Assembly: GCF_006345805.1 (NCBI RefSeq)
Contig: NW_021835561.1
Span: forward strand, 1 to 39,235
Source: Octopus sinensis
Taxonomy: Eukaryota
DNA: 39,235 nucleotides
Reading direction: 5' to 3'
The position numbers were made by a program, and so were the translations under genes. Shown here piece after piece: positions 24,046 through 35,003 of this stretch. The first letter of the stretch is position 1. Every line of letters starts with the position of its first letter. Under the pieces are notes generated by a model. That model was not told the DNA's origin. It was given only the letters and a program-made list of their open reading frames with translations, and did not search any database.

Positions 24046-24454
24046 CTGTTGAACGAAATACTTCCCGCCCTGAAAATTAAAACGGTTTCCCAATAATAAC
24101 TAAAAATTTAAATAACAACATCAGTAAATAAATATATCATAATATATCCAGAAACAGGAATCATTTCACTTTACACGTGTCTCTCATTCATCAAAATATT
24201 TTGCTAATTATTGTGTGACAATATCAAACCATCTTTTCCAATATTTAAACCTGTCAGACACGTTCACACCCGCTTTTACGGTTCCACCAATCGCATTGGT
24301 TCATAAATTTACGATAAGATCTATGCCAGAGCTGGTTGTTGTGCGCTCAATAAATACGTGGAATTCAGTTACAGGTCTTCAGCTTAAACCTCGCATCTCG
24401 ATCTTTTGTTGAAGCCACACGAAGTATCACGTACGACCGACAACTGTCACCAGA

Positions 24455-24598
24455 ATGGATTTCGCACAACTGTCCAGGAATATTTCGCAGCGTTATTCCA
24501 TTTCTTCTCTCATAGCTTTTGGGGTTCTTCTCGTTCTGACGATCGTGATTCTTCATCAAGATTCAAGAATAGGAAAAATGGAAGAGAAATCAAAAACG
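24455..24598 (+). CDS. Copy 3 exon 1 (signal anchor/TM)
   Basis: ATG at 24455, 48 codons, ACG|gtaagt. Differs from copy 2 protein only at EEESKT/EEKSKT. Confidence 0.75.
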
Positions 24599-24868
24599 GT
24601 AAGTCATGGATTTTGTGTTAATATATGTATGTATGTATGCATTTACGTATGTATGTATTAATATGTGGATGTACGTACGTACCGATGGGTGAATGGATGT
24701 AAGGATGTATGCACGAATCACGTACATATGTTCCTATGGAGCACACACACACACGTAAGATCACACACGTAATCACACACGAACACACAGGCGCACACAC
24801 CTAAACATACATATATATACATATACATATATTTGTATATATAATATACATATATATGTATATATATA

Positions 24869-25174
24869 GGCGCAGGAGTGGCTGTGTAGTAAGTAGCTTG
24901 CTATCCAACCACACGGTTGCGAGTTCAGTCCCACTGCGTGGCATCTTGGGCAAGTGTCTTCTGCTATAGCCCCGGGCCGACCAATGCCTTGTGAGTGGAT
25001 TTGGTAGACGGAAACTGAAAGAAGCCTGTCTTATATATGTATATATATGTATATGTGTGTGTGTGTTTGTGTGTCTGTGTTTGTCCCCCTAGCATTGCTT
25101 GACAATCGATGCTGGTGTGTTTACGTCCCCGTCACTTAGCGGTTCGGTAAAAAGAGACCGATAGAATAAGTACT
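24869..25174 (+). mobile_element. Same SINE family, 3'-truncated, independent insertion in unit 3
   Basis: ggcgcaggagtggctgtgtagtaag...gatagaataagtact inside a (TA)n tract that is empty in unit 2 (~9490). Confidence 0.85.
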
Positions 25175-25356
25175 AAAATATATTAGTGCCTGGACATATA
25201 TAGATATATATATACAAACATATATATGCGTGTGTGTATCTATCACTGTATCTCTCTGTCTATCTCTCTCTCTCTCTCTATTTATATATATATATATATA
25301 TATGTATGTGTTTGTGTGTCTGTGTGTGTGTGTGTGTGTTTGTATATACATATATT

Positions 25357-25550
25357 ATTTTACCAGTTTAAGTCATTTGACTGCGGCCATGCTAGAGCAC
25401 TGCGTTTAGTAGGACAAATCGACTTCAGGAATTATTCTTTGTAAGCCTATTGCTCATTCTATCGGTATTTCTAGCCGAACCGCTATGTAACGGGGACGTA
25501 AACACACCGACATCAGTTGAGAATCGATAGTGGTGCGACAATAACAGACA
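25357..25550 (-). mobile_element. Older antisense SINE fragment, equivalent of 9697-9890
   Basis: agtcatttgactgcggccatgctagagcac...ggggacgtaaacacacc. Confidence 0.75.
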
Positions 25551-25702
25551 CATACATAAAACATAGATATATACACACTATGTGTGCTATACACACACAA
25601 ACACATACATCTATATATATATACATATCATATATACATACACACATATATAGTTACGTATGTATGTACATACAAATCTATCTATCAATCTATTTATCTA
25701 CA

Positions 25703-25746
<44 letters not shown>

Positions 25747-25747
25747 A

Positions 25748-25791
<44 letters not shown>

Positions 25792-26605
25792 ATATATTAT
25801 ATATATATATAATATATATATATAATATATATATATATATGTATATGTGTGTATATGTATGTATGTATATATACATATACACACATCCCAAGGAAACACA
25901 AAGAATAGTGGAATTGTACTCCTGTCCGATCGCTCTTTCACCAGACATAATCCTGGAGAGGGAAATAAGTGCGTAATGAAAAAAATCTAATGGTGGGGTT
26001 CTAGCATGGCCATGCCCTTTGGCTGCAACGTTTAGCCCTATTAATATTAGTGTTAAGTATTATATCTAGATGTACACTTACACACACGCACAGAAACAGA
26101 CACATACAAACACACACACACACGCACACATAGGAATACGTACATATTTACACACATTTATATATTTCTCTCCATCAGGAACGGAAGTGAGGCGAGTTTT
26201 TTTGAATCTTTTCTTTCCAACTGAAAATAAAACGTGCGAGTGCCAATGTAGATCGGTGGATTTCGTAATGTTTGACTGTAATTCACGTTGGTTTTTATAT
26301 ATGACAATATGTAAAAACGAATGTAAATACATACACACAGACACACGGACAAACACACGCACAAATAAACACAAACACACACACACATACGCACGCACAC
26401 AGACACACGTGCTCAATTGTACACGAACAATCACACTATACAGTGTATGTCCACTCACATATATGTGTGCGTTTGTGTGTGTGTATGCGTATAAGTAGAT
26501 ACGTATATTTGTGATATTTATGGCGTGTATGCCTAAGTATATGTGTATACCTATATATTGATATGTATTTATATATGTGTGATGTGTGTGTGTGTTTGTC
26601 TGTGG

Positions 26606-26870
26606 GTGGAAGCGCAGTGGCCCAGTGGTTAGGGCAGCGGACTCAAGGTTGGAGGACCATGGTTTCGATTCCCAGACTGGGCGTTGTGTGTGTTTAAAGC
26701 ACCTCGACGCTCAGGGAGCGGGTTGTTGTGATCACTCTTTCGCTACAAATTCCTCCCTTTCTTCTCTTGACCTGCTCGCTTAGCCAGCGGGGTGGAGTCA
26801 TTTGAAGGTTAAAACAATGCGAAGCGCATTGTGACCAGCGATATGTAGCAACAACTGATAGCCTGGTCTT
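26606..26870 (+). mobile_element. Second tRNA-derived SINE family, sense
   Basis: tggcccagtggttagg A box and ggtttcgattccc B box. Confidence 0.8.
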
Positions 26871-28339
26871 CAACTGTGATCACAGAGATATATGTATCAT
26901 ACGCACACAATACGCGCACACACACACACACACACACACGTACATACACACACACCAGCACGGATGTCCACATATACCTTTAACGAACAATACTCATACA
27001 GATACGCACACACTTATACACACATGGGCACAGACACACACGCACATACACGTACTTAAGCGCACACACGCACACAAGCACACACACGCACATTACGCCC
27101 ACACAACTTTTAAAAAAACCATACACACACGCATGCACAAATTCACATACACACCGATACATATACATACACGCAATATATGCCTACACGCACACACACA
27201 CATACACATACGTATCCACATATAGACACAGACACACACACACGCACGCAAAAACATGCGCACACATACGCTCGCACACACGCACACGAATGCACACACC
27301 GAAAACTCACAACCCCATGGATACACGTATATACACAATTATATACACTTACACACATACAAACGCACACGTACACGCACACACAACTACACGCACATAT
27401 AAGACGCACGCGCATACATACACCACACACAAATGTACCCACACGTACGTCCCATACACACGGCACACAATTATACATACATGTATACACACACGCACAG
27501 TTACTCACCACACAAACTCTACGCATACACACACATACACTCAAACACACTAGAAGCAAAACACACACATACACACACACACGTGTCATCATTGCACACA
27601 TACCCACATACCCACATACACACACACGTACACATACACTAAGTAAAGCACAGTTATTCGCCACACAACCTAACTCTACGCCTACTCACAGGAACACACA
27701 CATTCATACACACACACACTACAAACAAAACACACACACGATACATGTACATACACACACATACTTCAAACTAGCAGTACCTAATACTTGACCTGTGGTA
27801 GAGACAAAAGTAGCCACGCCCAATTCCTTCTTCTTAACACTACTAGCCCTACAACACGCAAAGATTAACAGCCACACACACTTACACACACACACACGTG
27901 TCATCATTGCACACATACACACATACACACACACGCACACGCACACGCAGTCCTCCGCGCCCGCACATATCCAAACTTACACACACATTCCTCATCCTCT
28001 ACCACTCTCCTGTCTTTGAAAGAACTTTTCTTCACCCATTTCCTTCCGGTCATTCAAAATGTGGCCGCGTGTGTACCGTTGGCGATTTTTTTCCCTCTGT
28101 CTTCCCTCCTCTGGACCTTTCCTTCTCATAAACGTTAAACCCTCCTTCTTTCCTTCATCGTCCAATAATACTATATTTGTTCCACATCCTCGCGTTGTTT
28201 TTTGTGCTTTCTTGTATGGATTAAATTTAACTATATATATAAATATGTGTATATATATGTATATATATATATATATATATATGAGTGCGTGTGTGTGTAG
28301 AGATATGTGTGTGTATATATATGTGTGTGTGTGTGTGTA

Positions 28340-29014
28340 CTAGCAGACATACCCGTCATTGCTGGGGATTAAAATGGCAAAGTGGGTATATAATATATAC
28401 CAGTCATTTTGAAACAGGTGATACGGGAAAGTGCAACATTGACAACAAAACATTTGTAGAGTAAATGCTGGGCTAACTCGACTAAGCAACATGCTATGCG
28501 TCCGTTTGGAGTGTTTCAGGCCTAACCTGTCATGCAAAATTGGAGGTGGGGTTGTGTGATTTTTGAAGGCACCGAAATGCTGTCAGTGGATATACTCTCC
28601 TTTGCAGCAGTGTGCGCTGTGTCTAACACGACCCATCATCGGAAATTTTGACACCACACGTCAGGTTTGTTGTCCTACACCACTTATAGAGTAAATTTGG
28701 AGGAACTGTGGTTGTTCATTCGCGGTTACCAGGGAACCAATGAGGGGATAGACTTGCCCTTGATCTTTGACGTCGGCGTAAATTCATCTTTATCTATCTT
28801 CTTAGATTCACTATACGATGTCATTTGAAATGCAGAATTATATTCTCTGATATTCTTCAGAAAATCGTTTGACTGGATTGAAGCGCCTTCTAGAAGATTC
28901 CTAAGGGGTTGAGAAGGTATTGTTGGCAATGACTCCTGCCCGAATATGTTGTCATCCATTGTATTGTTTTAAGTTCTATACGATAATAAATGCCCTGAAG
29001 TTCTATTTATATGA
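28340..29014 (-). mobile_element. Helitron, copy in unit 3
   Basis: actagcagacatacccgtcattgctgggg terminus. ORF 28726-28959 NIREYNSAFQMTS. Confidence 0.75.
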
Positions 29015-29036
29015 TGCTATTTCTATTTTTTCACAG

Positions 29037-29088
29037 AACCGTTTCATCTCCAAGAAATCTCTCGACGATAAACCTGATGACACACCAA
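29037..29088 (+). CDS. Copy 3 exon 2 (NRFISKKSLDDKPDDTP)
   Basis: tcacag|AAC ... A|gtaagc, 52 nt. Confidence 0.75.
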
Positions 29089-29309
29089 GTAAGCACTAAT
29101 TTTATGGCTAAAGTATTTTACCCGTGACTCATTAACTAATGGTTTACAATTTTACCAACTTCGAATTAGTTCCACATTATTATCCATATGTCCACAATAA
29201 TATATACTAAGACTGAATTTATTTTAAATATGTTCTACTTTACAATAATTTCTAAATAAAATGTTACTCTAATATACTATGCCATTTATTGTGTGTATAT
29301 GAGTATATC

Positions 29310-31275
29310 TGCAGTGCTACGTCGAGAATTATTTCGGCGCGCACGGTTCCTCTGAGGGAGCTCTTTGCCGAGTGTCCGAGGCGGACGGTACGTTCACTGT
29401 GAAAAACTTAGAGTGCTCAGAGCGAGCCCCACCGGCAGCATACGAAAAGCATGGAATACCCTCTTCATCTGAGAATCAAATGCCCGAGCTGGCGCTTCAC
29501 TGCGTTATATCTACAATTCAGCATTCTGTCCACTCTTGTGTTTCCAATCGTTCGTGAATAGAGACCCGAAATAATGATGTTCCACTTTCCTACACAGTGC
29601 GTATTTGTCAATCCTGCTTTGGGGTACTCGTCAGCCAACCAATTCGGTGCACGTTGTTGGTTGCCATCAGTCGAATCAGGTAGCAGGATGCCGTCTACAA
29701 ATAACAGTCGACCGATCACGTAGAAATGAATTTGGATTCCTCTACCATAATGGCTGCGCATATTCAACCAGATCACGGAAAAAAATGTGAGAAGGGGCAC
29801 TAACAATGCACACTTCAACTAAGTGAAACCTTCACGTTGCAAACTTTCGACTTTTACATAAATACAATCATTTGAACATCTATATAAGTACTTTATGGCA
29901 TCTAGTTTTTGCCCATTAAACTCACCCTCCAGGTAAACCATCCGCAACATGCCCCAGGGCTCGTGATCATGTGCATTTTCGTGTTTATAGCGTATTACCC
30001 TAGGACGTATTTCAACGTTTCTCGAAGATCTATCTCTGACCGACTCTCTGGTCGGGTGTACTCCGTCCAGGACGGTAATCTTGGGAGCGACAACTTCCTA
30101 CATATCTTTTCCAGATATCTAGTGTAGACTTTTCTATAATTTGAACACACTCTTGGGCTCTGTTTGAAAAAATTATGATTGTCACCCCATATTACCATTG
30201 CCTTGGTGTTTTTCCAGAGGTCCCATCAACCTAGCATACATGGGTCACTCAGAGAATACCATCTGTATTTAAGGTTCTAAAATATCAAGCCGGACGTACA
30301 TTTCACCAGCAGCTTTATCACATTTAAGCGAGTTTAGCTCAAATAAGAACCTGCCGAAATAAATTATACAATCACGAATCCTTTGATGTCCAAGTCCATT
30401 CAGGCGGGTCACTCTCAATTTGGATGCAAAAGTCTCCACATTTTTGTTTCTGATCCCAGCATCCACTGCGGCTTCCAACTGTATTCTGTAGGTCGCACTG
30501 GACTTACCAATTTCCAGTGTTCGGCAGACTAGGAATTTTCAGATTTTAGACATTTAGGTTGTGACGAGTTGACAACTCCACCCTTCCTTTACCCGAACGT
30601 TCAGGAAAGAGTGAAAGATGACCGAACACTATCAAAAACCTGTCACCAAGTATTTCTATACCAGGCACCCTTATAAATATCCCTGTCTTAAAATAATATC
30701 TATACCATAGAGAGGAGAGTGTGTATCCTGCACTTAAGGCTGCTATGACCACTCCATTAAGTTCACTGACGACATTCCTTCCAATCAATCCTTCTCACGG
30801 TTATCAGTGCCAAGGTGTGCACTGAAGTCTCCTTGCGGGACAAATGACTTTACCCCAAATATATCTAAAGCTGAGGTGAATTTGCTTAGGAAGGATTTGT
30901 ATTTGAACCCGCTGTTTGCTGCATATACTTACATCAGCCACAGTCGCCCTTCATATTCAGCCTTAGCGTCAAGAGGTGAACCCTCACACCTCGTCGGTTT
31001 CACTCCATAATACAATCCGAAAGCTGGGGATTGAGCGTATCCTAATCCCACCTGTGCAGACATTGTTGGCACCACAGTTGCAAAGAGGAGTTGCAAGTCT
31101 ATATCCAAGTGTACGCTATCGGAGAAACGAAATTTTGTAGAGGAGACACCGATTATATCTTACAGGCAGATTATATCTAACAATTCAGACAGTTTAATTC
31201 TCAATTATTAAAGGTTGTTCCCTTCTTCATCTGCTTTGGTTTCCTGAGACCGTAAATGTTGTGCTACCACCCCAC
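29310..31275 (-). mobile_element. Decayed RTE-clade LINE in intron 2 of copy 3
   Basis: ORF-track relics 29465-29818 (RLLFVDGILL), 29995-30198 (RVCSNYRKVY) and 30546-30788 (IGRN..ELN...RVELSTRH) follow the APE-RT order. Confidence 0.7.
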
Positions 31276-31851
31276 ACACCCCAGATTAAGTTGCTGACTG
31301 CACCCGTATTGGATGAGGTGTGCTATATATTTATCAAACGGACTCCTCTACTCGAGATCCGGATGCGATGTCTTTTAACTAAATCGACAAATGATGCGGT
31401 ATGGTTGTTATTTTCATATTGTAGTTATGATGGCCTTATTTGCGCCGAGCTCCAAACTGATATTTGTAATTGACCGATGAATATTCGCACCTGGTGAATA
31501 TTTTACCATTATTCTATTGAGAAGTATATATACTCATACCCAAGTTTACGTATCATACATACATCCGTTCATACCGGAGACCGATACACATTCTGATATT
31601 CTGAGATTAATCTCTCAAATCTTTGACATCAACGTCACCAACAGGCTCAACAGACAAATGTCTTTTTTCTTTCTTTACAATTTATTCTTATTATTTACAT
31701 CTTTCGTTCTGACTTTCATTCATTCACTCGTTCTTTCTTAAATTCTATATTTCTCTCTTCTCCATCAATTACTTCCCATCCTACATCCTACTTTGTAAAT
31801 GATCCCCCAATTCTTTCTTTTAAACTACATTATTTCATTTTAATTTCACAG

Positions 31852-31926
31852 AACCCGGTCTCGGATCATTGTATACCCGGTGGGGCAGAACAACTTGTCC
31901 TCCTTATTCAAACCTTGTATATGACG
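31852..31926 (+). CDS. Copy 3 exon 3 (PGLGSLYTRWGRTTCPPYSNLVYD)
   Basis: cacag|AA and G|gttagt, intact YTRWGRTTCP. Confidence 0.85.
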
Positions 31927-33032
31927 GTTAGTATACTTTATATTTCTGACCCCTCATTCTCTTTTTGTCTTTCTCTTGCTCTCTTTTTATACCTCTCATT
32001 CTCTCTTTTTGTTACCTCTCTTTCCCTATCATCCTCTCTCTCACGCACACGCACACACACTCACCCTTTGTCGTGTTGTCTGACATAAACATTCTCAAAT
32101 CCTCTTATGATATGTCACGTTTGAAACGTCTATACCTGTAGACTATACAGACACTACACAAGACTGCTTACTCCTTTGTGGGTATTTGGTCAAATCAGAA
32201 TATTATATGTTGTCCACTACGGACCAAGTGAAAAGGATGCTAACTGGTGATCAATTGTACAGGCTATGGATGGTGGTATTGTACGTGAGTGACCAGAGCT
32301 GAAAGTGGCCGCTTGACAATCATTAACTAGAGTGCACAATGATCGTAGGTGTGGGCTAAATTGAAAAGAGTCTATTAGAATTGATGACAGTGACTGTAAA
32401 TGGTTAATGGAATGAACGCACAACGTAGAATGAGGACTGGACAAGCCACGTACTGTAACTGATGGAAAAAGCTAAGGACTTTATTCATTAAGTAAAATAG
32501 AGAGAGACTAAATATTAGTGAGAGAACAGAACAGAGTACAGAATGCACTTCTATTCTTCTCCCCCTCACCGAAATCGTCCTATCGCTAAAACCTTGCTCT
32601 TTTCATGCACCACATCACCTCATTAATTATCCAGTATATCTTTTAAGGTAATTATGACACTTCCAATTCAAAACTGCTGCTACAAACTGCGTCCCCAATC
32701 AACCTTACGTTCCTTAAAAATGCTCTGTATCTGCTCTTTATAAACCCTACACGTATATTTTATCGGTCGCCGACTCCATCACCAAAAATATCCCCGTTCA
32801 CTCGTGAACACCTTTTCCATTTCGGGTAAACACGAGTACATGCGTTACAGAATTCCTTTCTTTTTCTCCTTCTATTAACATCCACGCAAATACACTTCCC
32901 CATGCAAACTTACATAATAATCCACGTCGTAACCACAAATACTTACCCGTATACACTCAACATATATATACCTATTCCTACATATATTATTTATATATAT
33001 ATATATATATATATAATTTATATATATAATTT

Positions 33033-33086
<54 letters not shown>

Positions 33087-33427
33087 ATTATATATATATA
33101 TGTGTGTGTGTCTGTGTGTATGTATATGTATATATATATAATATATATAGATTCGGATGAATATGGTACTTAAGTTGAGGCTCCAGAATTTAGTACGGCA
33201 TTATCCATACAATTTCAAAGTAAGGGGATTAAAATTAAAATAAGCAAAGATGATATCCAGAGATAATGCAGTACGTTCGTTTCATGCAACTCCATTTAAT
33301 TGAACAATACAATCATTACATCAGTTTAAAATTTAGAGCAATTTTCAGCTGCAAAAATGTCGGATTTAATTAAATTACAACAGATGGACACATTTGTATA
33401 ATTATACTTAAAATTTCCAAGATATTA

Positions 33428-33968
33428 CAGAGAACATGTTGTCTCTACTTCAGCATAGCAGTTACTAAAATTATCAAGAAGACTCAGCTTACCACTGATT
33501 TTTTGTCTTTATGGTGTCAGTTTTAATTTATAGACTAATTAAATCCTTGTATATAAGGCTGAGAGATAGGCTGAGAGAACATAGGGCAGTATCTGTTAGG
33601 GGGAGGGCTCAGGCAGTAGATAGACATTGTAGTTGGTATAATTATAAAATAATCAAGAATATTATAAGCAATACCAGGAGGTAGTAAGGGGAAAACTTAA
33701 AACAAGGTGTTAGATGATAATTAAGGGGGTCGCACACTGGCAGACTATTGACAATGAAACGGAAGGTCTTATCATATATTATAGTTAAATATTTTAAACA
33801 ATGTTGCTTTGAATACAGTTGAAGTTTAGGGTTTTCCAAAGTATTATTTAGAAGAATATTATAACAAAAGGATAGAAATTGTTGAATATTTTTTCTATTC
33901 ATAAGTATTCATAAATTTCTTGATAATTTTATTAATTTCTATGCTGAAGTAGAGACATGTTCTTGTGT
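33428..33968. mobile_element. Candidate MITE-like element with ~46-bp imperfect terminal inverted repeats
   Basis: 33432-33480 and 33917-33962 are imperfect reverse complements, with TA dinucleotides just outside. No coding capacity. Confidence 0.3.
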
Positions 33969-34407
33969 ATCTCCTTAACTTCTTTGAGATTTTAGGTATA
34001 ATTATACTAATGTGTCAATCTGTTTTAATTTATTATATCCTATGTATTTGTGCAGCTGAAGATTGCTCTATATTTTAAATTGATTTAATGATTGTATTGT
34101 TCAATTATATGGAGTTGCATGCATGAAACAATCGTACTGCATTATCTCTGGATATCCTTGTTGCTTACTTCGAAATATATATATATATATATATATATAT
34201 GAAGAGAATGCAAATGCACAGCTATGATATCAAGCATACACACAACACACAGCTTACACTCACGTAAACACTAATATATACACCACAATTCGTTCACACG
34301 CGAGTAAACATGACTTCTTTTAAGTGAAAAATTGTAATGAATGTTCCGTTATTTCATATATTTTTCTTATTATCTTTTTTTACTTGATTTATTCTTACCA
34401 ATTCTAG

Positions 34408-34887
34408 GTGTGGTTGGTGGACAATTTTATGACCACACAGGTGGTGGAAGTAATCTCTTGTGTTTACCTAACGACCCCATTTGGGCCAATTATACAACAG
34501 AAGTTGAAGAAGGTGGTTACATTTATGGCAGTGAATATCAATTAACTCTTTTCTTTTGCTAACGCTAAATCACTTCATCAACACAACGTTCCGTGCGCTG
34601 TCTGTTTGACACGTCAACCTGCTGTTGTTATGATGTTACCAGCCAGGACACAGTGTTACGCTGGTTGGACAGCTGAGTATTCAGGATATTTGATGGCCGA
34701 ACATCATAATCATGAGGGCAGACATGATTATGTGTGTGTGGATTATGCACCAGAAGCTGATCCAGGTGGTTACAGAGACGAAAATGGAGCTTCATTATAT
34801 TTCGTTCAGGCTTCTTGTGGTTCGTTGCCATGTCCACCGTATGTCAATGGTCAAGAATTAACCTGCGTTGTGTGCAGTAAATATTGA
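34408..34887 (+). pseudogene. Copy 3 exon 4 with 20-nt deletion
   Basis: 480 nt versus 500. caatta/actctt is joined where copy 1 has gatttatacccaacgaataa in between. The downstream frame (34606-34887) is intact. Confidence 0.85.
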
Positions 34888-34997
34888 ATAGAAATTAAAT
34901 TCGGTTCCATATGAAAATATGTCTGTGAATTACAATAAATAACATAAAATTTCAATTGTGTTACCTAATATTTTCTTCAAATTATGTCTATCGTTAC

Positions 34998-35003
34998 AAT
35001 AAA
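34998..35003 (+). terminator. Candidate polyadenylation signal of copy 3
   Basis: AATAAA at the same relative position as in copy 2; another lies at 34934. Confidence 0.45.

Larger units (their letters stand above)
8644..24050 (+). repeat. One complete ~15.4-kb tandem segmental repeat unit (unit 2)
   Basis: Homologous landmarks: exon 1 at 9051 and 24455 (15404 bp apart); exon 4 at 6089, 19205 and 34408; Helitron at 742, 13539 and 28340. Confidence 0.9.
24455..34887 (+). pseudogene. Copy 3 of SSCC/short-chain collagen C4-like NC1-domain gene; frameshifted in exon 4
   Basis: Exons 24455-24598, 29037-29088, 31852-31926 and 34408-34887. A 20-nt deletion at 34544/34545 relative to copy 1 gives TAA at 34560-34562. 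Confidence 0.85.
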
